Positions 19,094 to 29,252 of a stretch of 64,000 bases of DNA are shown here, piece after piece (the stretch's first letter is position 1; each line of letters opens with the position of its first letter). The translations under genes and the position numbers were made by a program. This stretch comes from an uncultured Planctomycetaceae bacterium (GTDB lineage: Bacteria; Planctomycetota; Planctomycetia; Planctomycetales; Planctomycetaceae): contig CAWFGE010000013.1 in NCBI GenBank assembly GCA_963815195.1, positions 1,088,001 to 1,152,000 on the forward strand, in the 5' to 3' direction. Under the pieces are notes generated by a model that searched no databases, was not told where the DNA came from, and saw nothing but the letters and a program-made list of their open reading frames with translations.

Positions 19094-19276
19094 ATGTTTG
19101 ACCGAATGTTCCAATTCATCCGCCGGGGCGTTCGTGACGCCATTCTCGGCGGCATCGACGATGCCCAAGCCGAGATTGCGGGCCGGTTCGAAGCCCGCGA
19201 ACCCATCACCATCGAAGCCAAGCCCACCGACGGAAACGGCAAGCCAAAGGCCCGGCAAAAAGCCGGCAGCCGATAA
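19094..19276 (+). CDS. Small hypothetical protein
   Basis: GGAG RBS; 60 aa. Confidence 0.55.
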   Translation: MFDRMFQFIRRGVRDAILGGIDDAQAEIAGRFEAREPITIEAKPTDGNGKPKARQKAGSR

Positions 19277-19313
19277 CCGGACCCCGCAAACCCTCAATAG
19301 GAGCAACCCCGAC

Positions 19314-20957
19314 ATGGCAAGCGTATTCAAACGCAAATACAAGGATTCCCGCACCGGGAAGATGAAAACCACATCCAGATGGCAGGTGGCGTTCAAGGAC
19401 CACAACCGAATCCGCCGGACGTTGCCCGGATTCACCGATAAAACGCTGACCAAGGATCTCGGCCGGAAGCTGGAGCGGCTGGCGGAACGCCGCCGGCTGA
19501 ACCGCGATCCTGATGAAGAACTGGCGGCATGGTTGGAAACGTCCGATGCGAAACTCAAGGCGAAACTCGCGGAATGGGGGATGCTCGATTCCCGATCCGT
19601 GGCCGGGGCAAAGCCTCTCGCGGAACACATCGGCGACTACCGGAAGCATCTGGAAGCGAAGAATAACACCCCCGACCACATCAACCCGACGATCAGCCGG
19701 ATTGAAGCGATTGCCAACGGTTGTGGGTTCCTGTTCATTTCCGACGTTTCCGGCTCCCATGTGGCCGCGTGGTTGAAGGATCAACGGGAAGCCGATGCCT
19801 TCGGCATCTCGACCAGCAACGCCTATCTGACCGCCCTGAAGGGCTTCTGTAATTGGCTGGTGAAGGATCGGCGGGCGAATGAAAACCCCGTCTCGTATCT
19901 GGCCCGGTTGAATGCTGAGACTGACATCCGACGGCAACGGCGTTCGCTCTCGCAAGAAGACTTCGGGCTGCTGATCGAAGCGACCCGCACCGGGGCGGAA
20001 GTCTGCGGGCTCACCAGCCGGGAACGGCAGATGCTCTACCATGTGGCCGCTTACACCGGCCTCCGGGCTTCGGAATTGGCGAGCCTGACGGAACGGTCGT
20101 TTGACCTGGAAGCCGAGCATCCCACGGTCACCGTGGCGGCCGGCTATTCCAAGCACCGGCGGAAAGACACGTTGCCCCTCAATGCGGATTTGGTGGTTTC
20201 GCTGTGGGAGTGGTTCGCCGAGCGGCGGCAAGAAGTGGCCGAAGTTTCCGACATCATCCCCATCGGCAAGCCTTCAGCGGACAAGTTGTGGCCCGGAAAG
20301 TGGGCGAAGAACCGGCATGCGGCCGAGATGCTACGGCACGATCTCAAAGCAGCCCGCACCGCATGGATCGAAGCCAAGGGTATTACCGAAGAGGAACGCC
20401 GGCTGCGGGAGGAATCCGACCGGCTGAAATACCTCGACTTTGATGAACGGCAGTTTGACTTCCACGCGCTCCGCGGGCAATTCGTCACCGAGTTGGGCAG
20501 GGCCGGCGTCAATCTGCAAGACGCCCAAAAGCTGGCCCGGCATTCCGACCCGCGGCTGACCGCGAACCATTACACGCACCTATCGGTTTCCGACCTGTCG
20601 CGTTCTGTGTGCAAACTGCCCGCACTGCCGAAGCCGAAGGAAGCCGCCCAAGCGACCGGGACCGACGGCAAGCCGGCGACCGCTCCGGAAAACTGCAGCG
20701 CCTATGCGCGCCGCCCTGGTGCCGAACAATGCCGCCCTGTGCCGGAATCTGGCAATTCTGGCAATTTGGAGGATTCCGCCCCGGAAAAGCAAAAACCCCC
20801 GAAACCCTCTAAAACAGGGGCTTCGGTGGAATACCCGAGGGGGGACTCGAACCCACACGAGGTTTACCCTCACTGGTCTCCGCATCCAGCGCGGATATCG
20901 GACTCTTCCGGCGAATGGGGGGGGACGCGGATGATTTGTTCGTGTGATGATCAATGA
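19314..20957 (+). CDS. int: Main tyrosine integrase; ORF reads through the right att site
   Basis: N-terminal arm-binding-like domain; YTGLRASEL, SKHRR, FHALR, LARHSD, NHY; AGGAG RBS; last 21 codons lie outside the element. Confidence 0.93.
   Translation: MASVFKRKYKDSRTGKMKTTSRWQVAFKDHNRIRRTLPGFTDKTLTKDLGRKLERLAERRRLNRDPDEELAAWLETSDAKLKAKLAEWGMLDSRSVAGAKPLAEHIGDYRKHLEAKNNTPDHINPTISRIEAIANGCGFLFISDVSGSHVAAWLKDQREADAFGISTSNAYLTALKGFCNWLVKDRRANENPVSYLARLNAETDIRRQRRSLSQEDFGLLIEATRTGAEVCGLTSRERQMLYHVAAYTGLRASELASLTERSFDLEAEHPTVTVAAGYSKHRRKDTLPLNADLVVSLWEWFAERRQEVAEVSDIIPIGKPSADKLWPGKWAKNRHAAEMLRHDLKAARTAWIEAKGITEEERRLREESDRLKYLDFDERQFDFHALRGQFVTELGRAGVNLQDAQKLARHSDPRLTANHYTHLSVSDLSRSVCKLPALPKPKEAAQATGTDGKPATAPENCSAYARRPGAEQCRPVPESGNSGNLEDSAPEKQKPPKPSKTGASVEYPRGDSNPHEVYPHWSPHPARISDSSGEWGGTRMICSCDDQ
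20832..20876 (-). tRNA. 3' half of a tRNA-Leu gene (attP-borne fragment, not a full tRNA)
   Basis: Reverse complement reads CCAG-T-GAGG GTAAA CCTC (long variable arm)-GT-GTGGG TTCGAGT CCCCC-CTCGGGT-A (discriminator A); no D-arm or 5' acceptor strand upstream. Confidence 0.8.
20878..20891 (+). repeat. Right att core CTCCGCATCCAGCG
   Basis: Identical to 5535-5548; abuts the tRNA fragment. Confidence 0.85.
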
Positions 20958-21049
20958 TGGGATTTACCTCCCCACGGGAAGGTGAAAGAGCGCGGACAAG
21001 GTAATTCTTTATCACCGTCGTCGTCGCCCCCTGATTATCCGGAGGAACC
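20901..21049. repeat. ~150-bp MITE-like dispersed repeat, copy 1
   Basis: Similar to 24132-24288; imperfect terminal inverted repeats and a central hairpin. Confidence 0.7.
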
Positions 21050-21050
21050 A

Positions 21051-22464
21051 TTATTCGGTGAGAAACACCGCTTGGACCACGCCGTCGCGGCCGACATTGG
21101 TGACGGGGTTGGCGGAAATTCGCGAGAGCACGCCCCGCGACTGGCCGGCGATCATCGCCAGGCCGACGGTGAGATGGTGATCCATCACGTGGAAACCCTC
21201 GCCATTGGTGACGCGGACGACCGGCAAGCGGGCGGGTTCGGCGTATTCCTGCACCACGGAGGGCAAGTCGGGCCGCACTTCGCAAGCGGCGTTCCATTCG
21301 CCCTCGGTCGCGAACTTGCCCACGACGACGCCGAAGCCTCGGCCTTCGTTGGCGGGCTTGATCACAAACTGCTCGCGGTTGGCCCGCACGTAGGGCAGCA
21401 AGTCCACCGTGCGGCCGTGCCAATCGACTTCGCGATCCGTCAGCCGGGCCGTCCACAGCACATATTCGCGGATGAAGTCTCGCTGCTCGGGCGAGACTTC
21501 CGCGAGGAACGCCGGCGCGGAGCACCTCCAACAAGCCCTTGTCTTCGGCGATGGTGAGCGCGCCCAGGTTGTTCACCGCGACCGCGGAATCCTGGCGGAT
21601 CGCCTCGAGAAATCCCGCATACCGGCTTTCAAAGCCCGGGCTCCAATGGTGCTTCGGGCTGTTCGCTGTGCTGATGCGGATTTTGTTGTACATCAGCGAC
21701 ACCGCCCGGCCGCGCCACACGGCCTCGCTGTTTTCGTGCCGAATGTCGGCGGCATCGATGATCGCGGCGTCCCGCCCGCGCTGGGCAAAGGCCTGGGCGA
21801 TCAATTCCAGTTCGTTCTTCAGGCCGTTCTCATCATTGATTAACCCCACGAGCGCCGGCGAAACATGGGCCCGGGCTTCCATCGCCAGCAGGTCGTCAAT
21901 CAAGGCGGCGGCGGGGATCGTGCCGAATTCTTCGGATTCGAGATTCAAATCCATTCCCGCCGCCCCGCTTGCCCGCAGTTCGGCGAGGGCTTCTTGCGTG
22001 ACGCGGGAAAAATTCTCGGCGTGCAGAAAACCCGCGGGGCAGCCGGTATTGAGTTCCAGAATCCGCACGCTGCCGTCGGCCCGGATCACCGCATCGTAGC
22101 GGCTCACGCCCTGCCAATGGTTCGAGCCCTTGGTCTTTCGCAGCCAAGGCAGCATCCGCAGGTGATCGGGAAAATAGGCCGCGACCCGCTCGGGCGAGTC
22201 GAGCACCCAATCCATGGCCCGTTCGATGATGCCGTGGAGCGTCTCCCCCACCCCGCGCAGCGCCGCCCGCGAATCGGAATCGAGGCAGAGCGCCGAGACG
22301 GCAAACGCCATCACCGTGTCGCCCTCGAACTTCATGCCTTGCTCGGCCAAAGCGTGGGCCGCCGAACGGCTGATGTCGCGGTAGGCCGCCTCGTCCCGGT
22401 GCGCGAACCTCATTAACTCTTTGTGGAGTTGGTGGGTGGCGTCCAAGTTGATGCGGTGAGGCAC
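21051..22464 (-). CDS. ATP-grasp amide ligase (glutathionylspermidine-synthase / circularly permuted ATP-grasp-like), frameshift near 21518
   Basis: SRYD..RILELNTGCPAG, AEDKG; second frame FVIKPANEGRGFGVVVG..VVQEY..TNVGR. Confidence 0.72.
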
Positions 22465-22702
22465 CCGGCACCTGCCTTTGTCTGGTGGGCTTCCGTCTCC
22501 GTGATCGTTTGCCCCCGCCAAACTCCCTCGCGGTGCCGATTGCCTCGAAAAGAGGCTTGGCGAATCGGCAAGGCCGGCCGGGGGCGCAATTTCAGGTATG
22601 GAAAATCGGCTCATATCCAGGGTAATGGCCGATTCCCGCGCCGCCCCGACATACCGTGGACGAAAAAAAATAAAATTCTCAAATTCCGTTCCAAAGAGGC
22701 CT

Positions 22703-22860
22703 GAGCCGCGCACGCAGTAAGCGGTTTTGGGTTCTCTGTATCCCTCAAAACCGCTTACTTCGTGGCGGCTCTCTAAAGCCAAATCAGTTTTCTGAGCCGC
22801 ACGCAGTAAGCGGTTTTGGGTTGTCGAATTCCTCAAAACCGCTTACTTCGTGCGCGGCTC
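22703..22860. repeat. Two tandem REP-like palindromes (GAGCCGC..GTAAGCGGTTTTG / CAAAACCGCTTAC..GCGGCTC)
   Basis: Two ~68-bp hairpins at 22703-22771 and 22794-22860. Confidence 0.8.
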
Positions 22861-22897
22861 TTGAAAACCAATCCAATTCAGCGGACGCAGCGTTGGC

Positions 22898-23899
22898 TCA
22901 CTCGGCAAAGGCGGAATCGAATCGCTGTCCGGACGGCTTGAAGTCCACGTTCTTGCAGAACTGGGCGGCTTCCGCGGCCCCGTGTTCGCGGTCCATGCCC
23001 GTGTCTTCCCACTCGACGGACAGCGGGCTGGTTTGGGGATAGCCGATGGTGTTGAGGGCCCGAATGATCTCTCCAAACTTCACACCGCCCCGCCCGACGC
23101 TGCGAAAATCCCAACCCCGGCGGGGATCGCCCCAGGGCAGATGGCTGGCGAGAATTCCCGTGCGGCCGTTGAGCGTGGTCTTGGCGTCCTTCATGTGGAC
23201 GTGGTAGATGCGGTCCGGGAAATAGTAGATGAACTCGACCGGATCGATGCCTTGCCACAACAAATGGCTGGGATCGAAGTTGAAACCGAACTCTTCGCGG
23301 TGGTCTAACGCCTTGAGGGCCCGTTCCGCGCTGTAGATGTCGAAGGCGATTTCGGTGGGATGGACTTCCAGCGCGAATTTGACGCCGCATTCCTGGAACA
23401 CGTCCAGAATCGGATTCCAGCGCTCCGCGAGGAGTTGAAAGCCGGCTTCGATCATCTCCGGCGGCGTGGGCGGGAAATCGTAAAGCAAATGCCAGATGCT
23501 GGAGCCGGTGAAACCATTCACCACATCGACGCCGAGCTTTTGAGCGGCCCGGGCGGTGTTTTTCATTTCTTCGATGGCCCGGTCATTGACGCCCGCGGGA
23601 TCGCCGTCGCCCCAGACGTATTCGGGCAAGATGCCCTGGTGGCGGGCGTCGATGTTGTCGAGCACCCCCTGGCCGACGAGATGGTTCGAGATCGCGAACA
23701 GTTTCAGCCCGTGCCGATCCAGGAGGTCGCGTTTCTTCGCGCAGTAGGTGTCGTCCGAAAGGGCCTTGTCCACTTCGAAGTGGTCGCCCCAGCATGCGAG
23801 TTCCAGGCCGTCGTAGCCGAACTCGACGGCTTTTTTGCAGAGGTCTTCCAGCTTGAGGTTGGCCCATTGGCCGGTAAACAGGGTGACGGGGCGTCCCAT
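22898..23899 (-). CDS. Sugar phosphate isomerase/epimerase (xylose-isomerase-like TIM barrel)
   Basis: [41 protein letters not shown]. Confidence 0.9.
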   Translation of the reverse strand: MGRPVTLFTGQWANLKLEDLCKKAVEFGYDGLELACWGDHFEVDKALSDDTYCAKKRDLLDRHGLKLFAISNHLVGQGVLDNIDARHQGILPEYVWGDGDPAGVNDRAIEEMKNTARAAQKLGVDVVNGFTGSSIWHLLYDFPPTPPEMIEAGFQLLAERWNPILDVFQECGVKFALEVHPTEIAFDIYSAERALKALDHREEFGFNFDPSHLLWQGIDPVEFIYYFPDRIYHVHMKDAKTTLNGRTGILASHLPWGDPRRGWDFRSVGRGGVKFGEIIRALNTIGYPQTSPLSVEWEDTGMDREHGAAEAAQFCKNVDFKPSGQRFDSAFAE

Positions 23900-24131
23900 C
23901 GCACGGTCCTTTCACGTCATGTGGATGTCAGAACAAGGTGCCAGTCGATCGACGATACACGGAAATGAGCCGGAACGTGCTCGCGCCCGGTGGTCTCTGG
24001 GAACCGGGGCTATCGCCCGGCGGCTGATCGATTCTCGGAAAATTTACAGGTTCTTAACCTAGAGCAGCAAATCGCGAAAGTCAACACTGCGGTTTGTTGC
24101 CCTGCGTCCGCGCGGCGGACAAAATAAAATA

Positions 24132-24288
24132 GGCTCTTCCAGCGAATCGGGGGGTGGGCGCGGATGATCTTGTTGTGTGATGACCAATGAATGATGGATT
24201 TCACCTCCCCCTTTTGGGGAGGTGAAAGAGCGCGGACAGGATATGCTTTAACGCCGTCGTCGTTGCTCCCTGATTATCCGGAAGAACC
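24132..24288. repeat. ~155-bp MITE-like dispersed repeat, copy 2
   Basis: GGCTCTTCC...GGAAGAACC ends; TTCACCTCCCC-TTTT-GGGGAGGTGAA hairpin. Confidence 0.7.
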
Positions 24289-24379
24289 ATCAAACACATT
24301 CGACTCGAAGCCCAGAGCGTGCTAACTTGGGGAGAATTGCTATCTGCACGTTGAGCCATGCCGATTTCGGGAGTCTTCT

Positions 24380-27300
24380 ATGGGCCGCATTCTGTTTCTC
24401 GTTGCCTTGGCCGCGAACCTCTTGGCAAATGGTCATGGCGCCCTAGCTCAAGAACCTCCCAAGCCGGACGAGTTTTCTCGGCGGGTGGCGGAACGGGTGC
24501 TGCGTTTGGGCGGACAAGTCGGCGTGATCGCCGAGGACAAAAAGACCGTCATCGCCCGGCGGGTTCAAGATTTGCCGGAAATGAGTTTCGCGGTCACGCG
24601 GATCGACCTGTCAGGCCGCAGCCGAATTACGAACGCCGACCTCGCCGAAATCGCCAAGCTCCCCGAACTCGCGGAACTCAATCTGAGTTACACGCGGATC
24701 ACCGATCAGGGACTGGAAGCGCTCGCTCCGTTGTCTTCGTTAAATCGGCTGTATCTGTCCGAAACGCAAATCACCGACGCCGGTTTACAGCACCTCGCCG
24801 GGCACGCGAAACTGGCAAGCCTGGATCTGTCGGGCACAAACATCACCAAGGCCCCATTGGACGAGTTGGCCAAACTGCCTGGGCTTTCGCGGTTGTTTTT
24901 GAGCCGGACAAAGATCACCGCAGGCGCTGCGGAGTCTCTCGCGAAGTTTCCCAAGCTGTCGGTGCTGCATTTGACGGGCATCCCGTTCGAGGAGGCGAAT
25001 CTGAAGACTCTGAGCGGGCTTTCGGAGCTTAAAGAACTTGCAATCACCGCCGACAACAAGGCTCTCTCCCGTCTGGCGGAGCTGCCGCAGCTCAAGATCC
25101 TCACGGTCCACGGCAGCGGAATTTCGGACGCGGGGCTCGACGCCCTCGCGAAATTGTCGGAACTGGAGCAGTTGAGGCTCAGCCAGACGGCGGTCTCCGA
25201 GCGCGGCGTCCAAGATTTGAAGCGTTCCCTGAAAAACTGCCGGCTCACGGCCCATCCCGTCTCCCGGCAGTCGGCGTTTTTGAATTCCCGGGGACAAGAC
25301 CGCCCCGTCCTCCGCTGGCAGCCGGGCGATGCGAAGTCGGCCTGGAGCGGGATCATTCCGCGTCCCGCCGCGCTCCCCGGCCTTCGCCGTTGGCAGGTGG
25401 AAACGGTGGAGCCGCGCAGCGAAATCTATTCGGTCGATTTCAGCCCCAACGGGCAACGGGTCGCCTGCGGAACCGCGGCCGGGCATGTCCGGATTTATGA
25501 TGCCAACAACCTCGCGCTGTTGAAGTTGATCCCCGCACATCCCGGCGGCGTCAACGCGGTCGCGTGGAGTCCCGACGGCACGCAATTGGCCTCGGCGGGG
25601 GCCGACCGCCTCATTCGCATTTGGAACAGCAGCGGCCGGGAAGAGCGGGTTCTCCGCGGCCATCGGAACATTGTGATGACCGTGGCGTGGAGTCCCAACG
25701 GCGAGTCGCTCGCCTCCGGGAGTTGGGACAACACGGTCCGGCTCTGGAAAGCCGACGGCTCCGCTTCAGAGGAATTCAAGGGACACACGCGGGCCGTGCT
25801 CTCGGTCGCCTGGAACGCCCAGGGAACGCAGATCGCCTCCGGCAGCGAAGACAAAACGATTCGGCTCTGGGATCTTGCGGGCAAAGAACTCCACGTGATG
25901 AAGGGACACACCGAGAGCGTCACGGCCGTCGCGTGGAGTCCCCGCGGATCGCGAATCGCCTCGGGAAGTTGGGACAAGACGATCCGCTTTTGGAACCCCC
26001 GCACGGGCCGCAGCGGCGGACCGGTGCTCGAAGGCCACACTTATCGCATCTTCGGCCTGGAATGGCATCCCGAAGGCACGATGCTCGCCTCCGTCGGCGA
26101 CCGCACGCTCCGGCTGTGGACGCTCGACGGAACGCCCGTCAAAACCGCGAAGACCGAAACCAACGACATTTTCGCGCTGTCGTGGAAACACGACGGCAGC
26201 GAAATCGCCACCGGAACCCGCTTTAGCAGCGTCCTGCGGATCGTCAATGTCAACAGCAACGCGGACCGGGCCATTGGCGAAAACACGAACGGCGGCCCGA
26301 CGGAGCTGGCTTGGAATCCCGACGGCGACCGCATCGCCGCCGGCTGTTGGGATCATACGATTCGCCTCATCTCGGCGGACGGGCGCGCGGGGGCGGTGCT
26401 CAGCGGTCCGACGAACAACGTCCGCACGCTGGCATGGAGCCCCAGCGGCGAGCGGCTCGTCTCCGGCGGCGATGCTCTTTTGCGAATCTGGAACCGCCAG
26501 GGCATCCCCATCGCGGCCGTGAAGGAACATGAAAGAGGCATTCACTCCGTCGCGTGGAGTCCCGACGGCGCGTCCATCGCTTCGGTCAGCGAAGACAGCA
26601 CCGCGCGGATCTGGTCGGCCGACGCCAAGGTGAAAACCGTCATCAAGCTGGACCCGCGCGCAAACTGGTGGCCTGGAGTCCGGACAGTCAACACATCGTC
26701 ACGGCGTCGGAAAACGCCGGGCAGATTTGGAATCGCGACGGCAGCCCCGGTCCCGTGCTCGCGAACCCGCCGAAAGGTCTGGTGTGTCTCGCCTGGAACC
26801 GGAAGCAAAACCAGATCGCCGCCGGCGGCTGGAGCCACGACTTGCAACTTTGGGACGCCGACGGATCGCCAACCGTCACGGAGAAACAGCCGCAAGGGGT
26901 TTTGGATGTGGATTTTTCCTCCGACGGCTCGCGGGTGGCGATGGGCCTGTTTCGCGGAAAACTCGCTCTGGCCGATGCGGAGGGAACCAACAGCCGAATC
27001 GTCGATGTCCACGCGTGTCCGGTGTTTGCCGTGGCCTGGTCGCCCTCGGGACACGAACTCGTTTCGGGCTCTTATGACAACACCCTCCGGTTTTGGGATG
27101 CGAAAACGGTGGAGCCGCGGCGGGTGGTGGTTCTCTTCACCAACGGCAACGCCGCCACGTTCACCCCGGCGGGGCAGTTGGAGCACGGCCAGGTTTCCTC
27201 GCTGGATACGGATTTGATTTACCTCGCCGAGACCGAAGCCAAACCCGGCGAGGTTCAAATGCTCCCGCCCTCGGACTTCGAACGCCTCATCAGCCGCTAG
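24380..27300 (+). CDS. Secreted leucine-rich-repeat plus WD40-repeat protein, frameshift near 26655
   Basis: Signal peptide; LxLSxTxITDxGL repeats; many VAWSPDG..ASGSxDxTIRLW repeats continuing in ORF 26554-27300. Confidence 0.85.
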
Positions 27301-27321
27301 ATCAGCCGGCAAGAAAGAGGT

Positions 27322-28412
27322 TCAATCCGCCGGTCTGGCGGCTTGGAAGGAACCGAGTTCCGCGAACGTGGCGAAGTCGCAAATCCGGACGATTCCATCG
27401 TATCCCGCCGTGTAGAGCCAGTTTTCGTCCGCGCTGAATCGCTGCACCGAGACCGCATGGGACCGGGCAGGCAACTCGGCGACTTTCTCCATTGTCTCCA
27501 GAGAATACACCGAAACGTTCTTGCTCCAGTCGCTCAAGACCACAAACCGCTCATCGGGTGAAACCTCCATGTGGATCAGTTGCAGTTCGCACAGAGACTC
27601 GCTCCAGCGAACCTTCCCCGTCGCCAGGTCGTGGATCGTGACTTCTCCCAGGATGTCCCCGGAAATCACCTCCCGGCCATGCGCGAGGAACGCGGCGGCG
27701 ACGATGAACGTCGCGCGTTTCTCCAATTCCCTTTCCAATTCCAGATCCGGCACGCGGTAGATCTTGAGGGTCCCCTGTTCGCCAGCGATGAGCAGTCGCG
27801 TCTCGTCGGGCGAGAACCGGAGCACACTCGGGCCCCACCCGTGCATGGGGATTTGCCGAATCATCTCGAACCGGTTGAGATCCCACAGGCAAACCCGGTC
27901 GTCGCTTCCCGTGACCGCCGTCTTGCCGTCGCGGGAAACCGCGGTGGACCGGATATTCCATTGGTGGGCCTTGGATGCAAACAACACCGTATCGGGATCG
28001 CGGGCGTCCAGAATCCTTAGGGAACCGTCCCGGCAGCCGGCCAGAAACCGATCAGAACCCGGCAGCCAGCGGACGCAGTCGGCAAACTCGGCCAAATGGG
28101 GAAACTCGCGGATCAAGAGTCCCGTCCGCGCATCGCGGACGGACACGGTTTTCCGCGACCGAACGAGAATCGCGTTTGCGCGGCCGTTGAGGTGGATATC
28201 GTAAATCGGTTCGGCCAATTGCCGATTTGCGGCTGCGGCGAAGTCTTCCTCTTCGGCGGCGTCCCACGAAAGCGGCGGGAACACGGCACAAACAGCGCCA
28301 TCAACGCGACAGACAATCCGCCCAGCATGCATAGGGCGTGAATCAGTTTTTCGAGCAGTTTCAGCGGAAAGGATTTCGCGTGCCGCCAATCCGGAGAAGT
28401 CGCGGAGACCAT
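27322..28412 (-). CDS. WD40-repeat protein, probable N-terminal TM anchor in another frame (frameshift near 28285)
   Basis: WD repeats (VTGSDDRVCLWD, YTAGYDGIVRICD); TM stretch in ORF 28113-28412; start uncertain. Confidence 0.7.
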
Positions 28413-29252
28413 AAGTTTTCGCCTCTCTAAGTTTCGCCCGATGCCGGGGCGAGGAAATCCTTGGGGGTGTTTCGAACGAAGTTCCGTGTTCTCGTTTCCC
28501 GGCCGGTTTCTTGCCTGACGAAGAAGCCGCTTCTCGGCACGTCCGAGAACACTCGCGACGAAGGAACGTTACGTTTTGAATGTCAAGTTTTTGTGTCCCG
28601 GATGTCAAAATTCGGTGACTTCCGATGGCTCGGAGATTGATCCGCCGCCGGGCGCTATCGAAGCCGGAGGCGAGCGCCTGACCGCTCAGATTTTCAAACA
28701 CAATCATTGCGCGTTCCGCGTGATAGACGCACTTCGATTTGGTTTAGTTTCGTAACAGTTCCGTAACGGCGCTGGGTGACGGCCTCCGCCGCGCACGTTC
28801 AGCCGGGGGAATTGCGGCGGGCTTTGGTCTTGCGGTTCAGTCGGGGGAGAGCGCGGGCGGAGGGCGGCGGCCGGGGCGGGAGGATTTTGACCTATTGACC
28901 AAGCTCTATTCCTTGCTAAGTTGGCGGGATTCCAAGCGCTCGACTGAGAGGTCGATGAAACCGCACTCAGGCAAACTCCGTGCCAAAATTGATCGCGAGC
29001 GGTTTCCCGCACGACAACAGAGAAGGCTCGCCCCCAAACGCCGGGTTTTGCAAGCCTATATTTCAAGGAGTGAGAGAACTTGAGAGCCGATTTACCGCAA
29101 CGTCATCAACCGAGGGCGGCCGGTGCGGTTTCCTTGGGCAGACTCGCAAGGGGGTTGGGCATTTGGCGCCGATTTCGAATGGGAGGCCGCGAGGCGGGAG
29201 ATTGTGTTTTTCCGCCACTGCCTGAAAACCGGCCCTCGAGAGGAACCCGGCG

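Larger units (their letters stand above)
5535..20891. mobile_element. Integrated phage satellite / PICI-like element, ~15.3 kb
   Basis: 14-bp direct repeats at both ends, terminal tyrosine integrase, AlpA, Rep, XRE, HNH, tape measure protein; no capsid, portal or TerL recognised. Confidence 0.88.

Noticed and set aside
18819..19313. N-terminal extension of the integrase (712-aa ORF-track version)
   Set aside because: It overlaps the HNH and 60-aa genes; the RBS and the integrase-like N-terminus start at ATG 19314.
5535..20891. Complete prophage
   Set aside because: No recognisable capsid, portal, large terminase, tail tube/baseplate or lysis genes within the att-bounded interval.
20832..20920. 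Complete functional tRNA-Leu
   Set aside because: There is no D-arm or 5' acceptor strand and the loop is non-canonical; only the 3' half is present.
20809..22836. Single 675-aa minus-strand ORF
   Set aside because: Its N-terminus runs through REP palindromes, and its C-terminus is the out-of-frame read after the ~21518 frameshift; the real gene ends at 21051.
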